Virus record (IMG/VR): IMGVR_UViG_3300046777_002950
Source: an uncultured virus (IMG/VR IMGVR_UViG_3300046777_002950)
Taxonomy: Duplodnaviria; Heunggongvirae; Uroviricota; Caudoviricetes
DNA: 35,090 bases
Strand: one strand, 5' to 3'
Part shown: piece after piece, positions 26,124 to 34,520 of the stretch
How the letters are laid out: each line of letters opens with the position of its first letter
Position numbering within the stretch: the stretch's first letter is position 1
The notes under the pieces: generated by a model
Seen by the model: only the letters and a program-made list of their open reading frames with translations
What the model was told of the DNA's origin: nothing
Databases searched by the model: none
Made by a program: the position numbers and the translations under genes

Positions 26124-26621
26124 ATGACCACAACCATTTCCTTTAAGATCCGTACAATCAAGCATCAAATTCAAGCCTGTCTGCGGGCTATTGGGAATGG
26201 ACTGCGGTCGTTCGTTGACCGACTGTGTGTTTTAGAAGCGGAATTAGAGACAATAACGACCCAAAGAGAAAAAATCATGGTACAACAACCACAACCGATG
26301 AAAGTTCAGATAAAGACCGGCAGCGAACATCACACAACGAACTGGCGCTCTGCCATGGTTCGTATCAACGGACAGCCGATTTATGAAGTTTTAAAGCCAC
26401 TTTCTAAGCCAGAGTGGGAAATGGTTGGCAATAGAGGCAACCACGGAAAGTGGTGTATTGCTGAGTACGAATTGCCCGTAGGGGCAAATGTTGAGTTTAC
26501 TGCTAAAGCAAACTCTCAAAAACCAATTGAATTTTCTTTCAAAGTTGGTGAAGTTACATCCGTTGATGTTGAAGGCTTCAATTACAGTTCGGCTATTTGT
26601 GGATGGATTGTAAGTATTTAA
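26124..26621 (+). CDS. Hypothetical early phage protein
   Basis: AGGAGG RBS before ATG 26124. Confidence 0.7.
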   Translation: MTTTISFKIRTIKHQIQACLRAIGNGLRSFVDRLCVLEAELETITTQREKIMVQQPQPMKVQIKTGSEHHTTNWRSAMVRINGQPIYEVLKPLSKPEWEMVGNRGNHGKWCIAEYELPVGANVEFTAKANSQKPIEFSFKVGEVTSVDVEGFNYSSAICGWIVSI

Positions 26622-26631
26622 GGATAAAAAA

Positions 26632-27132
26632 ATGACGAAATATGACACTCTTGTGTACACGGCTTATCACGCTTACACAAGCTACAACAAACTTTCAGAT
26701 TCTTATGCTAAAAGCATAGCTTCTGGAAATTATAATGATATCCCAGATGTCATTGAGACAAATTCAGGAGACATAGATATCGCTGACGATATTTATATGA
26801 TAGAAGCTTACGAAAATCCTGATAAGCTTTGGAGTCATTGCAAAAAATCGGATTGGTATACTCATATACCAACGGGAGTAAAGATCAAAAAACAAGTGAA
26901 AAAGTCTTGTGATTACGACAAACCATTCGGTAACGGCACTAGTGAAACAACCCTAACGGTCAAAATCCCCGTACCTGATGGGAGAGGGAAAAACCCCAAG
27001 TCCCATAACAATAAACCAAAAATTGACGGGAAGTGCCGTCAAGTTAAACTATCGGAAGAGGAATGGGAAACCCTTAAAACCCTTGGGGAAGGGAAAGGGT
27101 ATTCCCAAGGAATTAGAAACCTTATTAAATGA
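26632..27132 (+). CDS. Hypothetical protein with C-terminal RHH-like tail
   Basis: DGRGKNPKSH...RQVKLSEEEWETLK..G..YSQGIR. Confidence 0.7.
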   Translation: MTKYDTLVYTAYHAYTSYNKLSDSYAKSIASGNYNDIPDVIETNSGDIDIADDIYMIEAYENPDKLWSHCKKSDWYTHIPTGVKIKKQVKKSCDYDKPFGNGTSETTLTVKIPVPDGRGKNPKSHNNKPKIDGKCRQVKLSEEEWETLKTLGEGKGYSQGIRNLIK

Positions 27133-27141
27133 TACCAAAAC

Positions 27142-27178
27142 AAAACCCTGTACATCAACTACAGGGTTTTTTCTTTTT
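27142..27178 (+). terminator. Intrinsic terminator
   Basis: AAAACCCTGTA/TACAGGGTTTT followed by a T-run. Confidence 0.75.
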
Positions 27179-27197
27179 CAAGAATTTTGTCCCCAAG

Positions 27198-27387
27198 CAA
27201 TCGTGCCAAATGACAAAAATACTGTTTTTGTCCTTAAAATAATCCAATTTAACCAGGCTCAATCGTGCCAAATACTGATTATCTCGTTAGTCAATCGTGC
27301 CAACCGCTCCTGGGGATTTTAGATAAGATAGCCGAAATGTATTGCTGCACAAGGTTTTTAGCCAGGGACAGGCAATTGGCACGATTG
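27198..27387. repeat. Four copies of the 12-mer CAATCGTGCCAA (3 direct, 1 inverted)
   Basis: Direct copies at 27198, 27260 and 27292; inverted copy at 27376-27387. Confidence 0.85.
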
Positions 27388-27517
27388 AAACCAAAAAATT
27401 AAAGCCCTGATTTTCAAGGGTTTTGGGGTTTCCACAATCAAAAAAAATGGCGATCGCCTAACGGAAAAGGCGATCGCTTATATGAGTGTTTCGTAAGTAC
27501 TATACCATAGTATAGCA

Positions 27518-27943
27518 TTATGCGAGTAGTTGCTCAACTAATTCGTCACTTAAATATCTGTACCCTTGTGTGGGCGTGATGTTTAAATCACGCATTTTTG
27601 AAAGTGGAATTGGTGTAATTAGCTGAAGGTTTTCTACCTTGATTCCCCATCCAAAATATCCGCCTAAATATTCCTCTATTTCACTTACAGACAAGCATAA
27701 TTCGCTTGTAAATTCATGCCACTCGCTGCAAGTGTGTTCAAGTATCTCAGTGGGTGTGGTTAATCCTACAATTGCTGCTGTGGGCTTGGTTTCATATATT
27801 AGTATTTTACTGAAATTGGGCTTACTAAAATTGGGCTTATTTTTTCTGTGTTTAGGCGCTCTTTTCCTAAGCTCTATTGTTTTTTTACCTGTCAGAATAT
27901 TCTGGCAGTGGCGAGGGTGTAAGCTAATTAATAAGGTGTCCAT
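27518..27943 (-). CDS. ASCH-domain protein
   Basis: LLISLHPRHCQNILTGKKTIELRK, IYETKP..AIVG, PTQGYRYL. Confidence 0.88.
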   Translation of the reverse strand: MDTLLISLHPRHCQNILTGKKTIELRKRAPKHRKNKPNFSKPNFSKILIYETKPTAAIVGLTTPTEILEHTCSEWHEFTSELCLSVSEIEEYLGGYFGWGIKVENLQLITPIPLSKMRDLNITPTQGYRYLSDELVEQLLA

Positions 27944-27960
27944 TTGCTGAGTTTTGTTTA

Positions 27961-28278
27961 TTACTCTTCTATTATTTCCAGAATACGCTCCACTTGATGC
28001 AGCGTAAGTAAGTTTAAATTTTTAGTTGCAATCTCAAGTTTTCTGAGATTGCTTTGACGCTGAATATAAGCATTGTATGAGTCTTCTGAGTCAAAAATAA
28101 TAAAGTTGTAATCTTCGGTAACAATAGGGAAATCCTGTATTGTTACTCTTGATAAACCGTGGTTAATACGGACATAAAAGTATGTCCGTCCTATCTTTTC
28201 AATAATTCCACGGGAAATCTTACCTCTTGTCTTGTTACAGGATTTGTCTAAAAGAATTAAACTGTCGCCAACTTTCAT
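27961..28278 (-). CDS. Hypothetical phage protein (SH3/KOW-like beta barrel)
   Basis: MKVGD...IEKIGRTYFYV. Confidence 0.65.
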   Translation of the reverse strand: MKVGDSLILLDKSCNKTRGKISRGIIEKIGRTYFYVRINHGLSRVTIQDFPIVTEDYNFIIFDSEDSYNAYIQRQSNLRKLEIATKNLNLLTLHQVERILEIIEE

Positions 28279-28403
28279 GCGCTGTCACTCCAAATATAAA
28301 AATATCCCCAAGAAGGGGATTGTGAAAGCTATCTTAACTACAAGTAAGTAAATGCTTATACTTAGGTAATCGCGGATATCTCATGATCCGCAAAATTAAG
28401 AAA

Positions 28404-28700
28404 CTATTCCCACGGCTCCCAACCATAGGTGAACTCTGACACCCAGAGTCCTTTTAACTCATCAGTGTCTGGACCACCTACACCTAAAGCGTAGGTTTCT
28501 TCATTTTCAACAAGCCTTATGCTTGCCCCTGAAGGGATTGTTATCATGTGATTAGATCCTTGATTCCATTTATCAGATGGAATCTTTAGCTCTTGGGTGG
28601 CAACTTCTGGAAGCTGCCTATAGCTGTTTCTTATATAAAAAGCAGCTTTTTTATAGTTGCTTTTTAAATGCAAAAGAAGTTCTTGGGCTTGCGGTGTCAT
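28404..28700 (-). CDS. Hypothetical protein downstream of hammerhead 1
   Basis: AGGAGA RBS before ATG 28700 (MTPQAQ...). Confidence 0.7.
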   Translation of the reverse strand: MTPQAQELLLHLKSNYKKAAFYIRNSYRQLPEVATQELKIPSDKWNQGSNHMITIPSGASIRLVENEETYALGVGGPDTDELKGLWVSEFTYGWEPWE

Positions 28701-28734
28701 ATTATCTCCTGTGGGTGTAATGTAAATTTGGCTT

Positions 28735-28791
28735 CCCACTACTACCGGGGTGGTAGTTTCGTCCGGTAGCCAACCGGACTCATCAGGTGGG
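28735..28791 (-). ncRNA. Type I hammerhead ribozyme, copy 1
   Basis: CCCAC CUGAUGA GUCCGGU-UGGCU-ACCGGAC GAAA CUACC-ACCCC-GGUAG UA^GUGGG: complete core and three stems. Confidence 0.93.
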
Positions 28792-29151
28792 TTAATTAAT
28801 CCATAAATGGATAGGATTAGCCCACCTGCTACTTATTGCAGGAATCAGGCTTTCTATTTTGACCTGTTTTGAGCAGTTTTCGACTGCCTCAATCTTCAAG
28901 TGTTCAATTTTCCCTTTGTTAGCCAGTGCGGCTAATCGTTTGTGGAACAGTTCAGCATTTTTCTGGGAAAGAAAATGGAATGCGTGGTATTCCATATCCA
29001 CCTCCCCGTATTCATGGTCAAGCCAGAAATGGAAGTCTACCCTCCACACTGTTTCAGTGTAGACAGTCTTGTCAATAGGTTTAGCATTAACTCTGACTCT
29101 GGGTTTTAAAGTTTTATTTCTTATGTATTTAGGTCTTTCTAGCGCTCTCAT
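28792..29151 (-). CDS. Hypothetical protein flanked by two hammerheads
   Basis: GGAGA RBS; N-terminus paralogous to 29240-29473. Confidence 0.75.
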   Translation of the reverse strand: MRALERPKYIRNKTLKPRVRVNAKPIDKTVYTETVWRVDFHFWLDHEYGEVDMEYHAFHFLSQKNAELFHKRLAALANKGKIEHLKIEAVENCSKQVKIESLIPAISSRWANPIHLWIN

Positions 29152-29181
29152 GGTTGTCTCCCGTGGGTGTAATGTAGGCTT

Positions 29182-29238
29182 CCCACTACTACCAGGGTGG
29201 TAGTTTCGTCCGGTAGCCAGCCGGACTCATCAGGTGGG
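29182..29238 (-). ncRNA. Type I hammerhead ribozyme, copy 2
   Basis: CCCAC CUGAUGA GUCCGG-CUGGCUA-CCGGAC GAAA CUACC-ACCCU-GGUAG UA^GUGGG. Confidence 0.93.
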
Positions 29239-29239
29239 G

Positions 29240-29473
29240 TTAAAAGTGCTTAACGCCCCTTTTTCTTTTCATTTTTTCTACGGTGCTGTAGAAAAAATCT
29301 TTAGAATCAAAAACAGTGTTTTTGCTACGGGCAAAACCAGCAGCCTTAACAGGACAGTCAAATATGTGAACAGAGCAACAGCGTTCTTTATTGAAAACGT
29401 ACTCTACCTGCACCTTCCAGAATTTCTGTTCTGGGGTTTTACTCAAGTAATCTGGCCTTTGCAGCGCCTTCAT
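29240..29473 (-). CDS. Hypothetical protein
   Basis: AAGGAG RBS; MKALQRPDYL resembles MRALERPKYI. Confidence 0.7.
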   Translation of the reverse strand: MKALQRPDYLSKTPEQKFWKVQVEYVFNKERCCSVHIFDCPVKAAGFARSKNTVFDSKDFFYSTVEKMKRKRGVKHF

Positions 29474-29530
29474 GTTTGTCTCCTTTATTCTTTTTTGTAA
29501 GCCTTTTAACGACGTGCTTAGGTCGCAAAA

Positions 29531-29941
29531 TTAACCGTTTAGTGCTACTCTTTCCAAGTGCTTCTCTTGAGCAGACACAGGCTCGCCAGCCCATTGCTCA
29601 GAGGTAATTTCAATTTTTTTGATGCGGACTAATCCGCAATATTTAAAAACAGAATTGCCATTTTCCACTTCCCTTCTGGTTTGGGGGACTAACAAAGTAA
29701 CCCCTGTTCTAAGCCAGTCCATTTGCAATGGCAGTGGACAGACCGCTACTACAATTGACTCTGATTCAATTGTGTGTGTTATTTTTTCCCCGCCGTCTAG
29801 CAGGGTTTCGGTAAAAGAAACAAAATCTCCTTGTTTCTTTATACCGGATATAGTTCCGGTGTATTGGGTGGCAATTTCGCCACCCAAATGCTCTACCATT
29901 TTTTCGTCAGCAGTATGTCTGCTAAAAAAGTAAACTTTCAT
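29531..29941 (-). CDS. Hypothetical protein, weakly Csx16-like (FFSRH ... VAVCPLPL)
   Basis: AGGAG RBS before ATG 29941; first gene after the twin promoter. Confidence 0.6.
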   Translation of the reverse strand: MKVYFFSRHTADEKMVEHLGGEIATQYTGTISGIKKQGDFVSFTETLLDGGEKITHTIESESIVVAVCPLPLQMDWLRTGVTLLVPQTRREVENGNSVFKYCGLVRIKKIEITSEQWAGEPVSAQEKHLERVALNG

Positions 29942-29967
29942 GTCTCCTGCGGGGTAGTTGTTCTTTG

Positions 29968-30025
29968 ATATTTCTATAATATAGGATAAAGAAACAATTG
30001 TCAATACTGAAATAAAATAATTTTA
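29968..30025 (-). promoter_or_regulatory. Sigma70-type promoter, twin of 26043-26101
   Basis: TTTCAGTA TTGACA ATTGTTTCTTTATCCTA TATTAT AGAAATAT on the minus strand. Confidence 0.8.
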
Positions 30026-30065
30026 TTTTTGACAACTGTTTTTGTTGTGGGTGTAAATTTGGCTT

Positions 30066-30122
30066 CCCACTACTACCGGGGTGGTAGTTTCGTCCGGTAG
30101 CCAGCCGGACTCATCAGGTGGG
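30066..30122 (-). ncRNA. Type I hammerhead ribozyme, copy 3
   Basis: Same 57-nt fold; the stop codon of the upstream ORF is the first UGA of CUGAUGA. Confidence 0.93.
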
Positions 30123-31376
30123 ATTAAGCTGTTTGAGCCACTTTTCAAAAGACTTAATAGGCCTTTTAGAGGCTTCCTGAGCCTTTTTGTAAGCTTCATA
30201 ACCTTCCTTTCTCGCTCTTTTTTGAGCGAATTTTTTACTCGCTTCTGCTTGCAAGAAGCTTATCCGTGCCATGACAGCATCCCGGTCAGAACCGATGGAA
30301 ACTGAAGTCCTGACTCTATTGGATAGACCGCGTGTCCGGTCATCGCAATGCTCCCACACTGTGCCGTCTTCATCGTTCCAGTTGAACGAGACGACTATAT
30401 CGTCTCCAACCCAAAAACGATCAACGTTTCCGTTGCTAGTAATTTCTTTGCGAACCCATTCAGGTTCAGGTATTAGTTTTGATAATTTTTCCTGCTGTTC
30501 TTTTTCTAGAACCGCTTTTCTTGCTTCTCTTTTTGCACTTAACTCCCGTGCTTCCGCAAGTGTTTTTACTCCATTGTTCAGGAGTATATCTGCCAAATGA
30601 TCAATTTCCCTTCTCAAGATTTCGGCTTCAGAAGGGAATAATATTTTCCCTTCTATATTGGTATCTGACCAATATAGATACGTGCCAATGGTATATTCAT
30701 ATTCTGTCACCCATGTCTTGTGACTAACCGAATCTCCCATTCGGTTAGTAGAATGGCTTAATCCTTGAACAGTCCTTGTATTTCCTGTTGGAAATGCCGG
30801 AAGACCCTGGCATCCCAATGGAAAATTTAATTTGTTGTGATATTTTTTATCTTTGTCCTTGAAAGGGACAGAGATAAGTCCTGCCAACCCTAATTTAGCA
30901 GGGTTTTTTAAGTCTTCGAAAGTTAAGTTTAGCTGATGCAATTCATCAGCTATTGTAGTAGCTACTGTGTTTTTTGTAGTAACTTTTGTTTCTTTAATTA
31001 CTGGACTTGTTTTGTCTTCATCTTCATCCCAGGAAACACATTCATGTAACCTATCGCAATCGCTATCAATATCGCCATAGATGGCGACCTCTAATTGATA
31101 CCAATCCAGAAGGCTTGGATTGGTGTCTACTTCAATTAATCCAGAAGTGTTTACCCCGTTTAATTCATCTGCTAATTTTTTTTGAATCTCAGGGTGAAGT
31201 TCTGTAACGTTGATTTTAAACATTTTTGTCTCCTTTAACTGTACCTGTTTTGTCTGTTCCTCTAATTGAGAGTCAATTTTTATCAATTCATCTACCCAAC
31301 GGTAAATGTTTTGTTGTCCTCTCCCGACGCGGGAGATCAAGTTTATTAATACCTGTCTTCTGTTCACCAAGTCCAT
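30114..31376 (-). CDS. Hypothetical mosaic phage protein (possible internal start at 31223)
   Basis: 420 aa ORF; GGGAGG RBS; internal AAGGAG-ACAAAA-ATG. Confidence 0.7.
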   Translation of the reverse strand: MDLVNRRQVLINLISRVGRGQQNIYRWVDELIKIDSQLEEQTKQVQLKETKMFKINVTELHPEIQKKLADELNGVNTSGLIEVDTNPSLLDWYQLEVAIYGDIDSDCDRLHECVSWDEDEDKTSPVIKETKVTTKNTVATTIADELHQLNLTFEDLKNPAKLGLAGLISVPFKDKDKKYHNKLNFPLGCQGLPAFPTGNTRTVQGLSHSTNRMGDSVSHKTWVTEYEYTIGTYLYWSDTNIEGKILFPSEAEILRREIDHLADILLNNGVKTLAEARELSAKREARKAVLEKEQQEKLSKLIPEPEWVRKEITSNGNVDRFWVGDDIVVSFNWNDEDGTVWEHCDDRTRGLSNRVRTSVSIGSDRDAVMARISFLQAEASKKFAQKRARKEGYEAYKKAQEASKRPIKSFEKWLKQLNPT

Positions 31377-31443
31377 AGCACCCTCCCGCGTCGTTGTCGT
31401 TTGTTTTTCTATATTTCCATCATATATGGATAGAATTATTTTG

Positions 31444-31653
31444 TCAAGTCTTTTCCAAAACTTTTTTTTCGCTTTCCAGAAAAGCAGCCATACCCCGTGC
31501 TACGTCTGGGTTTCGGACGATTCTTTCAATTAGCTCACCAAAGGCTATACATAAATGGTCAGCATAGCACTGATATACACGCCTAGCTGTTGGGGTCAGT
31601 GTAAGCGTAACTTTTACCTTGTTTTTCCCATAGTCTGATGGTCTTCCCATGAT
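31444..31653 (-). CDS. RHH/CopG-like regulator
   Basis: MGRPSDYG..KVKVTLTLTPTA...GELIERIVR; start approximate (ORF track gives 31674). Confidence 0.6.
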   Translation of the reverse strand: MMGRPSDYGKNKVKVTLTLTPTARRVYQCYADHLCIAFGELIERIVRNPDVARGMAAFLESEKKVLEKT

Positions 31654-31657
31654 TTCC

Positions 31658-32023
31658 TTAATTATTGATATCAATTGATTCTATCATGTCATGTTTCAAG
31701 TCACCGCTTAAATATTCAACATACTTAGCAGTAATCAAAGAGATTAAGCGTTGCTGTTCTATAGGTGGCAGTCCCAATGCTACGCCTAAAACATCTTCTG
31801 CTGTTTTTGGTTTTGCCCCGCCTAAACCCAAATATTGATCCAACTCAAAGCCAGGACGGCAACCCATAGCCAAACACAAATCTACGTATTTCTCTAGTCC
31901 AGGAGAAACCTTATCAGCTTGCCACTCGCTCAAAGTTCCTTGGGAAACTTTAGATTTTTTAGCAGCCTGATTCATACTAGAAGCCCGGCTACATATAGAT
32001 TTGATTAATCTTCCTGCTTTCAT
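31658..32023 (-). CDS. XRE-family HTH regulator
   Basis: SMNQAAKKSKVSQGTLSEWQADKVSPG. Confidence 0.8.
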   Translation of the reverse strand: MKAGRLIKSICSRASSMNQAAKKSKVSQGTLSEWQADKVSPGLEKYVDLCLAMGCRPGFELDQYLGLGGAKPKTAEDVLGVALGLPPIEQQRLISLITAKYVEYLSGDLKHDMIESIDINN

Positions 32024-32026
32024 GCC

Positions 32027-32377
32027 TTAATTCTCAATATTGTTCAAAAGTGGTAAATCTGCGTAAATATCTGTAGTGTCATTTGTGATATTGTCAGTCT
32101 CAGATGCAATATCAATGAAGTCGTAAATGTTTAAAGTTTTACCTTTATCATCAAAAATTAGACCTGATGACGCGATCGCCTCCAAGGTATTAAAATTGGG
32201 CATCACAGAAGAATTTTCGATACAGCTAATGGTTTTGAAATGAACTGAATTACCTTCAGTAGAACTCAAGTCAGCAAGTTCTCTTAAAGTTAGTTGCCTG
32301 GCCTCACGGGATCTGCGGACTATACCACCTAATTTAGCTAGTCCTTTTTTAGTCCAAATTTTCCTAATTGTTTTCAT
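32027..32377 (-). CDS. XRE-family HTH regulator (repressor candidate)
   Basis: VRRSREARQLTLRELA...KTISCIEN..MPNFNTLEAIA; start 32377 or 32392. Confidence 0.8.
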   Translation of the reverse strand: MKTIRKIWTKKGLAKLGGIVRRSREARQLTLRELADLSSTEGNSVHFKTISCIENSSVMPNFNTLEAIASSGLIFDDKGKTLNIYDFIDIASETDNITNDTTDIYADLPLLNNIEN

Positions 32378-32526
32378 ATTTGTGTAACACAATCACATAA
32401 TCACACGATAGTTTAAAAATAATAAAGATAGTGTAAAGTTATATATTTCTTTTGTGAATTACAATAGCTTATGTGCTACAATTAGATTGTGTTACACACA
32501 AGATAATACTAAGTAAAACAGTGTTT

Positions 32527-32715
32527 ATGACAAAAAAATTAACCACAAATCAGTCCCCAGCACGGGAAAAATCCATGATTAGAATTCAGCGAGATTTGTA
32601 CAAAAAAATCAAAATTTTAGCTGTAACAAACGACGAAGAGATTGGGCTTTTGGTAGAAAATCTTTTAGCTATTGGACTAAAAGAACTTGAAAAGAACAAT
32701 ACAATAACAGCATGA
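32527..32715 (+). CDS. Arc/RHH-like regulator, divergent from the XRE genes (Cro-like position)
   Basis: SMIRIQRDLYKKIKILA...LVENLL. Confidence 0.65.
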   Translation: MTKKLTTNQSPAREKSMIRIQRDLYKKIKILAVTNDEEIGLLVENLLAIGLKELEKNNTITA

Positions 32716-32972
32716 TACCACCACTGAGATTAGCACCCCAGGAATTATTGAATTTACCTAGGCCACCAAAACCTCAACCTTGGGAAAAACTTTCATATCC
32801 AACTTATTGGTTTGGCGATCGCTTACTCACAAATAAAGGCTGGGGAATATGCAGTGGCATTAAGAAAATTACAGGAGGCTGGCTTTATTATATAGATTTA
32901 GACGAGCCTCCCCGGACTCAAATCTTTGCTGAAACAGAAATAATCAAACATCATGTGGGGGGAATATGGTAG
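32712..32972 (+). CDS. Hypothetical cyanobacterial phage-type protein
   Basis: PTYWFGDRL...GICSGI...WLYYIDLD; coupled to neighbours. Confidence 0.65.
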   Translation: MIPPLRLAPQELLNLPRPPKPQPWEKLSYPTYWFGDRLLTNKGWGICSGIKKITGGWLYYIDLDEPPRTQIFAETEIIKHHVGGIW

Positions 32973-33436
32973 AGCGAAAAATTACCAAGATAAAAACCAA
33001 AAGAGGGGATACTGAAAGCATAAGTATCGCTTATATGGTTGTCAATGAACACAATGAAGAAGAAAACTTAAACTGCTCTTTGACAGGAAAAGAGGAGGCT
33101 AGAATTGAGTTTTACGATGCCTTGGATGGACTCCGAATAATGTTAGTGGATGCAATTGGATTAGACCCGAATATCTGGCTTGAACAAGGGCAAATCATTG
33201 GACTTTCCATCAAATATCAAGAGGAAAGTATAGGCATCACAATCACAGGCAAGTGTGAAATAGAAGGAAGATACGCTTGTCCGACCACACCTTACTTATT
33301 AATTGCTGATCAGGAAAGTGTTGAGTTCAGGCTTATCAAAAATGTTGTCAATGAAGCATTCAAATATTTGGATGGGGAACGCAAAGATTGGAAACAACAA
33401 TCATTATTTGACCAGGAAGAACTCAACTATGAATGA
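32966..33436 (+). CDS. Hypothetical phage protein
   Basis: ITKIK...EAFKYLDGER..QQSLF. Confidence 0.75.
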   Translation: MVERKITKIKTKRGDTESISIAYMVVNEHNEEENLNCSLTGKEEARIEFYDALDGLRIMLVDAIGLDPNIWLEQGQIIGLSIKYQEESIGITITGKCEIEGRYACPTTPYLLIADQESVEFRLIKNVVNEAFKYLDGERKDWKQQSLFDQEELNYE

Positions 33437-33601
33437 CTTTAATACTGGCTTATTCATTCTTTATATCATTGGAATTGAGACAATTTTAATGTTCATAGTT
33501 TCTTGCTGTTACCTGATAATTAAATCTCACAAATAGACAAAAAGTCCGCTGACAAGGCGGACTTAAACAAGGAGACAAATACATTAGCACATTTTTATTA
33601 T

Positions 33602-33817
33602 ATGCCAAAAACACAAAAACAATTGATTAATTATCAAATAGGAGACAAAATCCAATACAAGCATCCCAACCACGGATGGATAGATGCAATATTTGAAGGA
33701 TTTCACACTCCAGGATTAGCCCCCGCAGGGTGTAGATGGAGCTTTATAGAAGTTTCTGTCAATGGCAAATTACACAAGGCTTACTCTTTAAATCAGATTA
33801 AAATTAGTGAATTATGA
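33602..33817 (+). CDS. Hypothetical protein
   Basis: 71 aa; YQIGDKIQY, SH3-like. Confidence 0.6.
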   Translation: MPKTQKQLINYQIGDKIQYKHPNHGWIDAIFEGFHTPGLAPAGCRWSFIEVSVNGKLHKAYSLNQIKISEL

Positions 33818-34035
33818 AAAGTTGCTTAAATTGTATTTACTCAGGATTTTTAATTGAAAAAAATGACGAATTTTATAGCTATGAAGGTGACTGCAATAAT
33901 GATCATTTTCCAGTAGCAACTTTGATTAATATCTGGCAATGTCAAAAAGATGACAGAGACGAATTAAGGGAAGAAGTAGATTTAATCTTTGAGCAAATAG
34001 CTACTAAGTGTGAAGCTTACATACCAACTACATAA
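33814..34035 (+). CDS. Cys-rich hypothetical protein
   Basis: CLNC..C..C; ATGA overlap with the upstream gene. Confidence 0.6.
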   Translation: MKSCLNCIYSGFLIEKNDEFYSYEGDCNNDHFPVATLINIWQCQKDDRDELREEVDLIFEQIATKCEAYIPTT

Positions 34036-34181
34036 AACAATCAACTAATAGCCGCTTAAACAAGTGGCTATTTTATTGTCATTCATTTACCCAACTTACT
34101 GAGTATGAAAAAATCTTTTTTATTGCTATTGACAAGTTACCAGGGAATACAATATATTAAATATGTTGAGTCAAGAAACCG

Positions 34182-34382
34182 ATGGCAAATAAAAACGCTA
34201 TCCCACCAAAGTGCCACCAATTCAAACCAGGGTGGCGCTCTGGAAAAACCAAGAACATTAAACTTCCAATTATCTTGGAATCTGATATTAAGGCGATCGC
34301 GCAATGCCTTGATCAAAATCCTTCAATTGCCAATCAAGTGCTGGCCTTTGCTAAAGCACTGGCAGAACAGAAAGCAAATTAA
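34182..34382 (+). CDS. Small RHH-like hypothetical protein
   Basis: FKPGWRSGKTKNIKLP..L...IKAIAQCLD. Confidence 0.6.
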   Translation: MANKNAIPPKCHQFKPGWRSGKTKNIKLPIILESDIKAIAQCLDQNPSIANQVLAFAKALAEQKAN

Positions 34383-34520
34383 AGCCCTCGTACTGTGTTC
34401 AGCAGCCGAGGGACAGCCCCTACCATTTCTTAAATCTCTTAGGAGCAATTTAACTATGAATCATTTTTTGATTTTTGTCAACAAGACAAGTGTGCTGTTG
34501 CACGCCCATGGAGGTGTGTG

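Noticed and set aside
26978..27322. 114-aa ORF
   Set aside because: Crosses a terminator and the 12-mer repeat region; likely spurious.
28711..30122. The three ~80-bp repeats as a CRISPR array or REP/MITE
   Set aside because: Spacing is gene-sized and the sequence matches the hammerhead consensus.
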